Shown piece after piece: positions 10,201 through 22,194 of a stretch of DNA of 47,019 nucleotides (positions within the stretch are counted from its first letter, which is position 1; every line of letters starts with the position of its first letter). Below the pieces are notes generated by a model. The model did not search any database and was not told the DNA's origin. It saw only the letters and a list, made by a program, of their open reading frames with translations. Position numbers and translations under genes: made by a program. Source of the stretch: Squalus acanthias (Eukaryota); assembly GCA_030390025.1 (NCBI GenBank), contig CM059453.1, forward strand, positions 6,092,982 through 6,140,000. Reading direction: 5' to 3'.

Positions 10201-13200
10201 CTTTGCATCGTAATTTTGGGCCTCTCTGTGTCTGCATTAGTCACAATCTCACTGGTAAGTGCTGGTGCAAAGATAGGCACATGAAATAATCAAATATTTG
10301 TGATACTTGTAGAGATAACCTTGATTTTAATTCCTGCGTGCAATATTGATCTAAAGGTACCAGATGCATAATTTGAATAGTTCAGGTGATAAAGCGACTG
10401 ATATATAATTACCAGAAGTTATGTATTGCCCGGTGAGGCATTAAACTACCTTTTAACTCCAAGGCGTAATTCAGAATAGCGAACTCACTTGCAACACTTA
10501 GCAGACAAAAAATTACAAAATGCATTCCTTTTTAAAATTCTTTAGCAGTTTGAGTTGAAGCAGATCACTTGCCCGTTTTAAGGTTGAAATGAACGTAACA
10601 CGCGCGTTTGCTCCTACTCTTATAGAAAAGCCAGAGATTTCAGGTTATGTGGAACTGACCGCTGGACAAACTGCAATACTGAACTGTTCCCTCATCCACA
10701 ACTGCCCGGAGGGCAACCTGCAACTGAAGTGGATTAATTACAATGTGTCCCTGCCTCTTCCATGGTCTACTCAAGATGGAGCAGAAATAATCAATGCACG
10801 TTTTGGTTCTTGGAGAGTTTCATCCTTGATCACCTTTACTCCATCATCTGCTCATCACGGAGCAGTTCTGGGATGCACAATTTTAATTGGTGGTGTCCCA
10901 ACTCCTTCTCCCCAAACTCTTACCTTGAAGATTAAGTGTAAGTGTCTGTTCTAAAGTTAATAGATCTAACCTACCGGACAACGGTTTTTATTATTTATAC
11001 TTCCATCATAAACAATTTAATAAGGGTTTAGGACCGCATCAAAGAATGTATTGAAAAAAGATGGACCTCAGTACTCTGAGTTTTCGCCTGGAAAATTAAT
11101 GAATCGAAATGCTTCTCAAGCCAATTCTCATAGCAATGCTATTTTAGGAAGATTCTGACCTATAAATGAATGCTGGGGGCTGCCAGAGTTTGGCTTATGT
11201 GATTGTTAATTCGTATTCTAAGGACTTCCAGTGACGTTATGAGTGTAATCAGTCATGAAAGCATTAATAAAGGAAATGGCGAGTAATCTAAAGCTGATCT
11301 CTACTATGATCTCCGATCGGGCTTCAGAATTGGCCTGAATGAGGTACCGGTGTTAACGTATATGCGCCACCAAATGGACAAAAGGGGAAGGGTGGGGTAC
11401 ATTTTCCAGGAAATATACATTATTTTATAACTTTAAACTGATCGACAATAAAGGTTAGATCTTTTCATTTCATAACGACCCAATATCAATATTTCATTAG
11501 GAGCGAAATCATGCTTACTGAATATTCACGTTTTACATTAATGCCTATTTCAGATGGACTGGAAATAACATTCGTCAATTCGTCTGTAGCAGCTGTGGAA
11601 GGAACCTCCTTATTATTATACTGCACGGCCTGGGGGAAGCCTCTGGCCAGCTTGAGATGGGTGAAAAATGGTGAAGAGATCAGCAGATCTTCCACTGGTG
11701 AACTAAAGCAAATATTCCACAACATTAGTTCTGAGGATGACGGTGAATATTGGTGCATAGCTGAAAATGCCCAGGGCACCACCAACCGCTCCACACGGAT
11801 TTCTCTACAATGTAAGTATGTATGAATTTTCAATTAGATAGTAGGCTTTCATTTCACGAATTCTGAATTAAGTTCCAATTTCCTCTTGCCTGCTTGCTGG
11901 AAGGCGCAAATGTGCACGAGTTTGGGATAGTGGCACCACTTCCTGCGGAAATAGCGCATAAGAATCTCGATGGTTCCAATAATGGAAACCAGCCTGGCCT
12001 CTAGCTCAGTTTGACAGGATTGGAAGATGTCACAATGTGGCATAAATGCATCATGTTGTACATTTATGAGGTTGCGACAGGAGCACATTTACTGGGACCT
12101 TTACTCTGAATCTAAATGTTCATAACTATTAATGGTAGTCTGAAAAAAGCAATTTTCCAATTCTTAAAACGCCAATCCCACATTTGATAAGCACAAATTC
12201 TCCCAACATTATCTAATAAAATGGTGTTCAGCCAACTTCTTTTACTTGTATTAATGTTGAGTTAGGTCCTTTGAACTATCGCCTTGTAAGCCGGACATTT
12301 ATTGAAGAAACACGTCAGTCCACCACAAACGAAGAGGATTCAAATAGTGCCTAAAGTGCAGAAATTGAAATTAATTGACCTTTTAAAACAGTGACGGGTG
12401 AATCACGTTTGTGGGTATATGATATATAATTAACACTCTGAGCTTGCTCCGTCTGAGGTTCCCCCACAACATTTGTCAGGACAAGTTTGGTTGGACTGAA
12501 CACTCATTGGGTTTAATATGAAATTATTCCTTACGTGCGCTCACCTGTTGCAAGTGAAAATATAATAAGCCACCAACTGGTGCAACAAAGGCTGCTTCAT
12601 ATTAAAATATAACCGAGCAGAACTATTATGGTTAGTTCAACTCATGACTTAATTGTACTTCGACACTGCAACTGTTTTCATGATCATTTACTACTGATGT
12701 TTCCATCTTTTTAGATAAACCCACAATTTTAGCAGGCCCGACATGCAACAGCTCTGATAATTGGACGAATTGTAGCTGCCGGATCAGAGCCAATCCAACG
12801 GGAAACATTACATGGGGCCTCAATGGGAGAATCCTCACTGGGAACACGTCAGATGTGGAAGTAATCTCCTGGGCGGTGAACAGTCATCTCGTGGAGAGCT
12901 CCCTGAGATTGACTCACCCAACTGGAATCGGAAACTTGATCTCATGTGTTGCAGCAAACGAGCACGGGGATTCTGTCAGTAAATACCAGCTCCACTCTAA
13001 GGGTACATGTTTAATTTATCTGTAATATAATACTATGAGGGATTTGGTCCATCATGGTCAGTCACTAACTGAACGGTGTTAGTGTCAGCAAATACTAGCT
13101 CCATTCAGCAGGTCCATACGGAATCTATCTCTAATTAGGGTAAAGACCACTTCCAATCAGTGGTCAATCATCAACTGAGATGTGAAGTCGGCATTATCCA

Positions 13201-16200
13201 TTTTAACTTTCAGTCTTCTGAAACTGGCTCGGTTTAAATTTTCAAGATAACATGGAATTATCTGAGCAACAGAAGTAGCTAGTGATCTTGGAAAACAAAA
13301 TCTTCTGAATTAAGATAAAAACTTCAGAAAATCCGAATTACTCTCGCAACTTAATAGCGAACTGCAATCTACCCTTTTGTATATACATGCTCATTTCTAT
13401 CTTGTTCAGATGCATTTGAGTATATAAAGCCGATATTTAAATATCGAAGCGAAATTGAATTAACTCTATTGATTATAAATCTTACCGCTGTAACTGGCGA
13501 CCTTGGCTGGCATGCACTCTGATTGGATTTTGCCCACTGTTTTTCCGAGGGTGGATTGTCATTTGAACTTAATTTGTCACTTGTGGTTTTTACATCAGCG
13601 AATCGTAAATTATTTATTTCAAATATACGCCAGGCAGCAACACAGGAATAAAATGCCTTTGCACAAGGATCATCAGGTTGAGACAAGCGTAGTACCTAAC
13701 TTTCCAATAGCTTTGAGATCCGAAAATAAAGGTAGCTTACTTCCTCACACTCACAAATGGGCTTCCAAGATTGTTGTTTAAACCCAATTATCTAATGTAC
13801 AGCAATGGTTTTTACCAACTTTTTAGGAATATTCTCCAGGACAATAGTCCCCATAATAGGAGGAGGAGCCACTGGGCTTATTATTCTAATTGCAGTCGCG
13901 GTCACGCTCAAGATACAAAGGTATGTGTGATTCTTAATTACATAGAATGGAGTTTTAAAGGTGACCCTGCATCAGAATGTCCGTGTATCAAAAACTTGTT
14001 TAAATTAGTCTTCCATGAGTACAGTGTGCATCTGCCTAAACCCATGTATAAAGTAGAAGGGTCAATCATCGCTGACCAGTCGCTCGCATCTCCCAGCATC
14101 AAATACAGAGTAATATTAGAGTCTGCTTGAATCAGGCTGTCTGTGCATTCTTCCTGTTCCATTATTGTGGTCTGTTTCCTTCTGTTTAAACTGGAATTTT
14201 TTGGAACTTCTGAGCGCTGGCGCGCTATGTGCCAGGGAATGTTTATCCCTCCCGTGTAATCTGGATTAAGTTTGCAGCATGATCAAAGAATGGGCATAGA
14301 ATCCCGTTCAGTTTGTTTCTGCTGCTGGTTTTATGGGGGAAACCTCACACAAGCCTCCTTGCCATGTCACGCTCTCAGCATAACACTACACGAAATTGAT
14401 ACTTATGTATTAACAATCAACTCGTCCAACATACAGGTAAACAACAAGCAAATATTAAAAGTAACGTGACACATATGTTTACAGTATTCTTACCAGGGAC
14501 TTAAGCTATTTGGTCTGACTAGCTCTCTTTGAAAGCTCTAGACAGGCTCCCTGCTTTTTTTAGAAAGCCTGATAGTTACCGTCAGGAAGGTGACTGGCTC
14601 CAAGTGAGTTCAAATTAAAACCAGTTCGGTTTACAATGCGCTGCCAATCAAATTTATCCTTCAACAACGCACGCTCGAAGTTTACAATTGAAATCTATGA
14701 CGTTGCTCCTCGGTTAGGCACCTCCCCTCAACAAACCAATGATTCGGCAACAACCGGAACAAAATGAGCCTGAAAACTCTTGTGACTAGTGTTAGCTTTT
14801 AACCCTTCATGTACCATGATATAAGTAAAGAAGGCATTTCCATGCTTAATAATATCAAAATGCTTCTTTCAGAGATATGAAAGAAGGATCTCGAAACCAT
14901 TCATTAGAAATATTGATTTATTCCTGTTTCTAACTCCAATGTGCTGAAGTCGTCGATCCAATAATACTGCGTTTACACATTGAAACTCTTGCATCTGCTA
15001 CTTAGCCAGGTTGAAATCATTAATAAACCTCCTATGTCCGTTATTTATCATACTCAACTTCCACCTAGAGCAAGCAGCACCGCGCTGTTAACGCTTATCA
15101 TAGATAAAGTAACATGTTCCCTTTTGAAATGTAGGCAGGTGGGAATTGAAAAGAATTGGGTATCGGATCTGGTCTGGGCTAATCAGGAGACGTAAAAGAC
15201 GCAAGTCTCGATTGACCTGCATCGCACAGGCGCAGTGTGCTTTCACTACACATTCCAGTTAATTATGGAAGTGCCTCATTTGCATTTGTTATTATTCAGG
15301 CAGAAGCACGGGGAAGCTGCACGTGTCTCCGAAGCACACGATGATTTGGTGATTTACAGTACGGTGCAGAAGGCACTAAACGCTGAGGTAAGTGATGCCA
15401 AGCTGGAGTGACAATTGTAGGATGTTTGGTGTGCTTTCAACCAGCAAGTGATTCATAACGGGCAATACCCAACAGATAAACGGGAGTTTCAGAAACGTGT
15501 TGGCCTTTAAGGGAGGATTAGCCTCCTCACGTCGCGAAGAGTGCAACAGAGCTGCAGACTCTACATGTAGTGACCTACTAAATCCAATTAGGGAGTATTT
15601 CTCACCTTGGCGTTCCTTCTCAAACCAAATTCTTAATATAAGAATGCGTTTCCATTGTCATCTTACCCCCTACCAATTAGATCTCACCTGTTAAATGTCC
15701 AACAAGATCACAAGGTGTCAGCGACACCAGAGGGGATAACCATTGCAGTTAGGCAGGGTTATGTGCAACTTCCGAATTGCATCTTGCTGTCAAAGTGTTC
15801 CCCTTACTCCTCAAATTTGACTAACAAGGTTGTGACTTCATGCTTCGCTCCAGCATTTCAACATCTAATCTAGGCTGGAACTTCATTTCAGCACTGAATG
15901 AGTGCAGCATTACCGGAAGTCCCATCTTTAGGATTAGATGTTCAAACAAGCAGCGTTTGTTTCTTCTTCTGCAGGCAAGCAATCACATAGTCCGATTCTG
16001 GGGATGAAAAAGAGTTCTCCAAGTGCCTTTGCAAACATTTCTCCCTAAATGCACAGCAGCTGCATCTGATTAATTCGGCATTCATCTAATTAACTGGTTG
16101 TTGCATTTTTTCTACAACACCGGCTGGAATCTTAAAGTTATTAATTGCATAGCAGCGCGTCGGACTTAATAATCATAGAATCATACAGCCCAGAAGGAGC

Positions 16201-17290
16201 CCATTCATCTCACGGTACTTGTGCAGGCTCTTTGAAATTGTTAACAAATAGTCACACTATACTGCTCTTTTCTCTTTGCCCTGGTTTGTTTTTTTCTCAT
16301 GTTCACGCATATATCCAATTTCCTTTTGAAAGTTACTGTTGAATCAGCTTCAACAGCACTTTCAGACAGCGCATTCCAGTTCCTAACAATTCGCTGAATT
16401 AAAAAAAACCTTCTCACCTCCCATTTTGTTCTTGTCCCAAATACCTTCAGTCTGTGTTATCTGTTTAGCGACGCTCCTGCCAGTGGAAAACGTTTCTCCT
16501 TACTTACTGCAGAATTTTGATCACCAAGTTCTAATCTCCCTTTTACCTTCTCTACTCTAAGGAGAACAATCCCTGCTTCCCTAGACTTTCCATTTAAGTG
16601 CAGACCCTCATCCCTCCTATAATTGTAGTAAATCTAATTTGTACCCTCTCAAATATTTGACATCCTTCCGAAAGTGTGATGCACAGTATTGGACACCATA
16701 CTCCAGCCGAAGCCTAACCACTGATTTTAAAAAAATGTCATCGTAACTTCCTTGTTTTCGTAATCTGTATCTCTACTTATAAAGACTCGGATCAAGTGTG
16801 CTATTTAAGAGCCTTAGAACCAGAGACTTTTACAGCACAGAAGGCGACCATTCGGCCCGTTGTATCTGTTCTGGCTGTTTCAAAGTGGTTCTCAATTTAG
16901 TCCCAAACCCCAGACATATCCACTCGTCCGGATATACAAACTGCAAGATGTTTGTTTACTTCATGAAGACTTAACAACGCTCACCTCACGGATCAGGGCA
17001 ATTAGAAAACTTACCATGGATAAAATAGTTAGATTTCTTCTGGTGCAGATAGCACACTCCCGTCGCGTTCAGCTCTATATCTGCAATAACTCCATATCTA
17101 ACTCAAATGCCTTTCGTTACAGAGGGATGATCAATATACAGAAGCTGGTCGTGGCGCCGCACAATCGACTAAACCAGCTCAGAGTGACGAGATTGTGTAC
17201 GCGATCGTCAATATCTCAAAATTCAGCAAACATGAACAATTTATTCAAAATGAGGAGACCTGCGAATATGCAGCAATTAAACAGAACTGA
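7219..17290 (+). CDS. Gene A: Siglec/MAG-like inhibitory receptor (leader-V-C2-C2-C2-TM-ITIM tail); join(7219..7261,8037..8416,10626..10937,11554..11811,12715..13002,13827..13920,15300..15387,17123..17290); ~543 aa if the 1-nt defect in the V exon is repaired
   Basis: All introns are GT..AG with compatible phases (1,[1],1,1,1,2,0), except that the V exon is 380 nt rather than a multiple of 3. Translation shows the Siglec motifs GSCVEIPC, EQCSLLI and CSLIHNCPE, a hydrophobic TM and ITIMs. Confidence 0.85.
7800..7927 (-). mobile_element. 3' end of a non-LTR retrotransposon (same family as 43860..44382)
   Basis: Reverse complement of caccaccttgtcaagggcaattagggatgggcaataaa...ggcctcgccagcgac. Confidence 0.8.
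8037..8416 (+). CDS. Gene A V-set Ig domain exon (Siglec-type D1)
   Basis: Pyrimidine tract and AG at 8035-36; donor GTGAGT at 8417. VMPKVVSAVLGSCVEIPCTF...YRGRAEFKGNIAAEQCSLLIKDIRKSDEGTY parallels MAG D1 (MPSSISAFEGTCVSIPCRF...FQGRSRLLGDLGLRNCTLLL). Confidence 0.9.
10626..10937 (+). CDS. Gene A Ig domain 2 exon (Siglec D2-type C2-set)
   Basis: AG 10624-25, GTAAGT 10938, 312 nt, phase 1-1. EKPEISGYVELTAGQTAILNCSLIHNCPEG...VSSLITFTPSSAHHGAVLGC, including the extra interdomain Cys (HNCP). Confidence 0.92.
11554..11811 (+). CDS. Gene A Ig domain 3 exon (C2/I-set)
   Basis: CAG acceptor 11551-53, GTAAGT 11812, 258 nt. NSSVAAVEGTSLLLYC...W...EDDGEYWCIAENAQG. Confidence 0.92.
12715..13002 (+). CDS. 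Gene A membrane-proximal Ig exon (MAG D5-like, CxC motif); missed by the ORF track
   Basis: TTTTTAG acceptor, donor G|GTACAT at 13003, 288 nt open. YKPTILAGPTCNSSDNWTNCSCRIRANPTGNITW...VESSLRL...ISCVAANEHG parallels MAG D5 (HC...QCLCVVKSNPEP). Confidence 0.88.
13827..13920 (+). CDS. Gene A transmembrane exon (GIFSRTIVPIIGGGATGLIILIAVAVTLKIQR)
   Basis: TTTTAG acceptor, AG|GTATGT donor, 94 nt (same length as the gene B TM exon), uncharged hydrophobic segment followed by basic residues. Confidence 0.88.
15300..15387 (+). CDS. Gene A cytoplasmic exon 1 with ITIM VIYSTV
   Basis: TTCAG acceptor (phase 2), GAG|GTAAGT donor. RQKHGEAARVSEAHDDLVIYSTVQKALNAE. Confidence 0.82.
15868..16100 (+). mobile_element. 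Degraded SacSINE1/DeuSINE fragment
   Basis: taggctg...cagcactgaatgagtgcagcatt...gagttctccaagtg aligns by eye to the body of the 36656 copy. Confidence 0.5.
16172..16800 (-). mobile_element. CR1 LINE 3' fragment in the last intron of gene A
   Basis: atcatagaatcatacagcccagaaggagcccattc... and ctaaggagaacaatccc, as in the other minus-strand CR1 copies. Confidence 0.75.
17123..17290 (+). CDS. Gene A terminal coding exon with ITIM IVYAIV and ITIM-like CEYAAI
   Basis: CTTTCGTTACAG acceptor (phase 0). RDDQYTEAGRGAAQSTKPAQSDEIVYAIVNISKFSKHEQFIQNEETCEYAAIKQN*, TGA at 17288-90. Confidence 0.82.
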   Translation, partial: RDDQYTEAGRGAAQSTKPAQSDEIVYAIVNISKFSKHEQFIQNEETCEYAAIKQN

Positions 17291-18689
17291 AAGTTAACAG
17301 GAGTTATACTGTCAGAGCGGACAGTCTTGAACATGTTAATGGCTGAGCGCACCTGATGTTATGAAGTAAAACAGACACCATTGCATTTCAATAAGGACTA
17401 TGAGAATGGAGGTCATTCATAAAATTGGTGTCATATTTTAAATTACGTTCACAAAGTCGAGTTCATTCGAATGCAGTTGAGAGTGTACATTTTCATCAAT
17501 GTAACTTTGCAATATTTTTCTCTATTCTGTGAAAATAATAATTTTACAAACCATTTCTAACATCGTCTTTGTCTTTTGATCTACGGAAATCCATTGACCC
17601 ACAGTATGAACCCTAACAAGCGGGGAAAAGTTTGCCAAAAAGGATTGCAACGAAACACAAGTTACAATAACTTTACTTTCTGGTGCGCCTAAATTAGGTG
17701 CTAATTTAAAGAGATTACTAATTAAGCACATATACGATTCCTGGCGATAGATCCATACAATTTTATGTTGTCGGCCCTGGAATTCTGGTGTCTGAGAGGC
17801 TAGATTATGCCGTCGTAATCCCTTTGAAATACCCGACAATTCCAGATTTCCGCATGCTTGTGCATTTGTGAATTCCGGAACTTGCGTTCTCCCAACGTAT
17901 GTGTTAACAGGCCATCCACGGGGGCTCTGATAAAGCAATCGCCGGGGCAGTGTCGGTCTATTTGCCCAGCGACTGGCCAGCAATTGCCCACGTAAGTCTC
18001 ACATTTGATGCAAGTAGTCGTAGGGGTTGTTTACATCAGGGTAAGGGCATATCTAAGGTTTAAATAAAATATTTAAAAATCCAAAATTATGCACACACAC
18101 TGTATTAAATGAGTTCATGCAAATATTGGCCCGGATTATAGTTTTGGTGATGTATGCAATTATTATCAAAAAAGTAAATTTTTATTGGCCCTGAATTTGC
18201 GGTCGGAGGCGTACTTCTGGTGTACACCTCCAACATGCGAAATAATTCCGAAGTTACCCCCTAGCTAGACAGCCACGGAGAGTTCGGTTCCTGTGCCTCC
18301 AGGCATACGCCAGCTGAAGGCCCACTGATTCCAGGGATTCAGGAGGTCCACAAGCGACCTTCGGATCACGTGGTCCCGGTCCTCCAATGAGATTGGAGGA
18401 TTCCATTGCATCACTTCAGAACGGTCTCCCCCAAGGACATGCATTGGAATGCCCCCAAAATTACACAATTTAGACAAATCTAATAAATATAAATGTTGCG
18501 ATTTTCCAATTAATTAAAATCACCCAATCAAACCAAACACAATAAAAATGTTATTAATTTGAAAAGTAATTATAAACATTTTAAGCAGAGCCAATATTTG
18601 CATTAAGTAATTTTAAGTGTTTGTGCATCATTTTTATTTGTGGCTGTGCTACGCTAGTTAACTAGCAAGAAATATAAAAACAGATAATA

Positions 18690-21205
18690 AGAGCTTCTAC
18701 AGGTACATAAAAAAGAAGAGAGTAGCTAAAGTAAACATTGCTCCCTTAGAGGATGAGACTGGGTAATTCATATTGGAGAACAGGGAAATGGCAGAGACCT
18801 TGAACACATATTTTGTATCAGTCTTCATGAAAGACGGCATTAAACTATCCCAATAATCCATAATCAAAGGGCTATAGGGAGGGGTGAACTTAAAACAATC
18901 ACTATCATTAAAGTAAAAGTACTCGGTAAAATAATGGGAGTAAAGGTCGACAAGTCCCCTGGACCTGATGGCCTGCATCCTAGGGTCATAAAACAAGTGG
19001 CTGCAGAGATAGTGGATGCATTGGCTGCAATCTATCAAAATTCCCTGGAATCTGGAGAGCCCCCAATGGATTGGTAAACCGCAAATGTAACGCCCCTATT
19101 TAAGAAGGGAAGGAGACAGAAAGCAGGAAACTATAGTCCAGTTAGTCTAACATCTGTCATTGTGTAAATGCTGGAGTCCATTATTTAGGAAGCAGTAGCA
19201 AAACATTTAGAATATCTTAATGCCGTCAATCAGAGTCAGCATGGTTTTATGAAAGGAAAATCATGTTTAACAAATTTGCTGGAGTTCTTTGAGGATGTAA
19301 TGCGCAGGGTGGATAAAGGTATACAGAGGATGGGGTGTATTTAGATTTCCAGAAGGCATTCGATATGGTGACACATAAAAGGTTACTGCACTAGATCAGG
19401 GCTAACAGTTTTGGGGTGATATATTAGCATGTATAGAGGATTGGCTAACTAACAGAAAATAGATAGTCGGAATAAATGGGTCATTTTCAGGTTTGCAAAA
19501 GTTAACTAGTGTGGTGCCACAGGAATCAGTGCTGGTGCCTCGACTATTTACAATCTATATTAATTACATGGATGAAGGGACCGAGTGTAATATAGCAAAT
19601 TTGCTGATGTTACAAAGATAGGTTGGAAAGCAAGATGTGAAGAGGACAAAAATAATCTGCAAAGGGATATAGACAGGCTAAGTGAGCGGGCATACATTCG
19701 GCAGATGGAGTACAATGTGAGAAAGTGTTATCCACTTTGGTAAGAAAAATAAAAAAGCAAATTATTATTTAAATGGAGAGAGATTACAAAATACTGCAGT
19801 AAAGGGGGACCCGGGGGTCCTTGTGCATGAAACACAAAAATTTAGCATGCAGGTATAGCAAATAATCAGGAAGGCAAATGGAATGTTGGGATTAATGTCA
19901 AGAGGGCGGGAGTACAAAAGCAGGGAAGTCCTGCTACAACTCTACAGGGTATTGGTGAGACGACACCTGGAGTACTGAGTACAGTTTTGGTCCCCTTTTT
20001 TAAGGAGTGATATGCTTGCATTGGAGGCAGTTCAGAGAAGGTTCACGAGGTTGATTCTGAGATGAAGGAGTTGACTTATGAGGAACGCTTGAGCAGGTTG
20101 GGCCTATACTTATTGGTGTTTAGAAGAATCAGAGATGATCTTATTGAAACATATAAGATACTGAGGGGGCTCGACAAGTTAGACACAGAGAGGATGTTTC
20201 CCCACATGGGGAATCTAGAACTAGGTGGCATAGTGTCAGAATAAGAATTCGCACATTTAAAACTGAGATGAGGAGGAATTTCTTCTCTCAGAGTGTCGTA
20301 CATCTGTGGAATTCTCTGCCCCAGGGAGCTGTGCAGGCTGGGATATTGAATATGTTTAAGGTGGAGGTAGACAGATTTTTGAACAATAAGGGAGTAAAGC
20401 TGAAGTATCCAAATATATGCTTATGCTGAACTATAGTATTAAGGAATGAATGCAGTAAATATGCAAGTTGTAAGTGGCTAAATGGCTTACAGTTAAAGTC
20501 TGGTGAAACTAAACACAATATGCCTGCTTTGCAGAAGTAAAATGAAACGTCACAAGGTCAGAATATGCCTGCTTTGCAGAAGTAGCTTAAAGCTCTTGCA
20601 AAACCAGGAACTGTTATCTGAAGAAAACATATTACTGAACAAACCATCTGGCCAGAGGCAAAGGGCGGTTGTTGCAGCAGTAGACCAAACCAAGGCCACA
20701 GTCTCAGAAGGTCCTGGGACCAACTGATAACAAACATGTAATTAATCGGGAATGTAGGGAGTGATTCCACATGTCATGCGATTTGTAGGCGACAGAAAGG
20801 ATTAAATGTTATATTTTATATTTGTCATTCAACAATAAATCTGTATACTTGATAGCTTTGCACCCGCCCCTAGGGCGGGATATGCTTTTTATGTATCATT
20901 GTAAATGTTGCTAGGGTAACGGTGGAGTCTGATCTGAGAAGAGACTCAGACGCTTCTCCCCAGGCCTGTCAATAAAGGACCGTTTTGAACCATTACTCGG
21001 AGTCTATCATCTGTATCGAAGCTGAGCGTCGACCTAGTATATCACTGGGTCCGCTTCCAGGTTACATCAAAAGTTTTATGGGGAGCGGGCAGGGAAATGG
21101 AGCTGAGCCCAAGATCAGATCAGCCATGATCTCATTAAATGGCGGAGCAGGCTCGAGGGCCCAAATGGACTACTCCTGCTCGTATTTCTTATGTTGTTAT
21201 GTTCT
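18690..21205 (+). mobile_element. CR1 LINE (~1.8 kb, RT to 3' end), interrupted by a solo LTR
   Basis: KSPGPDGLHPRV, NYSPVSLTS, SQHGFMKGKSCLTNLLEFFEDV motifs with stops and frameshifts; the tail resumes at 21070. Confidence 0.9.
20401..21069 (+). mobile_element. Solo LTR, 669 bp (ERV/LTR-retroelement)
   Basis: TGAAGTA...TACATCA termini; 5-bp TSD AAAGC/AAAGT; 23-bp internal direct repeat at 20517 and 20562; AATAAA at 20971; cleanly interrupts the CR1. Confidence 0.75.
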
Positions 21206-22194
21206 TCTTGAAAGCAGGCCCTACGCCTGATTTTACCAGTCATCAGTATTTCATGGTAAATTGCTGGACAGTAATTAGGCAAATAGATCAACTCTGTGCC
21301 AGCGAATGTTATTTCTCAGTCGGTTCAGTAGATCTGTCAAGGAAAACCTTGACAGATCGCAAGTTCTGCGTGTGTGCGCATGCGCAACTCATGCGGCAAC
21401 GCGGAACTTGTGGGGCACAAACTGAAGGATTAGTATGGCATAGGCTCAGATTATGCCTCAAAGCCAAAATAAATGCTGACCCATTGAGTTTGGTGGAATG
21501 AAGGTAATTATGAATAAAATTAACATTCTGTTAATTATATAAGTCTTCCAATTCGGGATTCAATTGCATATCATTTAGGGACTCCCGTCGTAAATGACTG
21601 CAATGGAATTGTCCTTTGTCATTGGAGGACCAGTCCCATGTGATCCCAGGTACTCTTCCGCACGGCCTGTGCCCCTGGGATCTGTGGGCCATTATGCTGG
21701 CTACCGCCATGAGGCCTGAGATCGCAAGTTTTCGCAGCCTCGCCGCCGGCAGGTAATTACGTAGTTGTTTCGCAGGTCAGAGGCGTCCGACCTCAATTTC
21801 TAGTTCATCATTTATTAGGACGTATATGATTTGAGCCCCCATTGTGTATTTGGGAAACAGGGCCTGTCAATCTGTTTTCCGCTCACTCAGGACAGACAAC
21901 ACGTGAGCTTCTGCTTGTTTTTGTATAAGATTTACTTGGCTTCACCAACAAAACTAGCTAAGCCCCCGGATCGAAATCGCGAGATTTCTGTGTTTGTGCA
22001 AGGATCTTAAAATGTCGCTAATTTTCTTAGATGCACAGTTCAAAGTTTCCTCATCTCAAAAAATAGTTAATTTCGAAGAAACCAACGATTTATACTGATG
22101 ATTCCATTTTCGGCTGTATTATTAAAATTGCACCAGGTTACATTCTTAGGAGGAATACATGTTGATGGCGAAAAATAAACATTTCCATTTTATT

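Larger units (their letters stand above)
18187..21806. mobile_element. Long-TIR non-autonomous DNA element (PIF/Harbinger-like) split by nested CR1 and LTR
   Basis: Left end GGCCCTGAATTTGCGGTCGGA, right end (reverse complement) GAACTAGAAATTGAGGTCGGA; internal inverted match cctccaatga...ttccattgca / tgcaatggaa...cattggagg; flanks ATT/ATC. Confidence 0.5.

Noticed and set aside
16860-17297. 145-aa ORF as a gene
   Set aside because: It is an alternative frame over gene A's terminal exon; the ITIM-bearing frame with a proper acceptor is the credible one.
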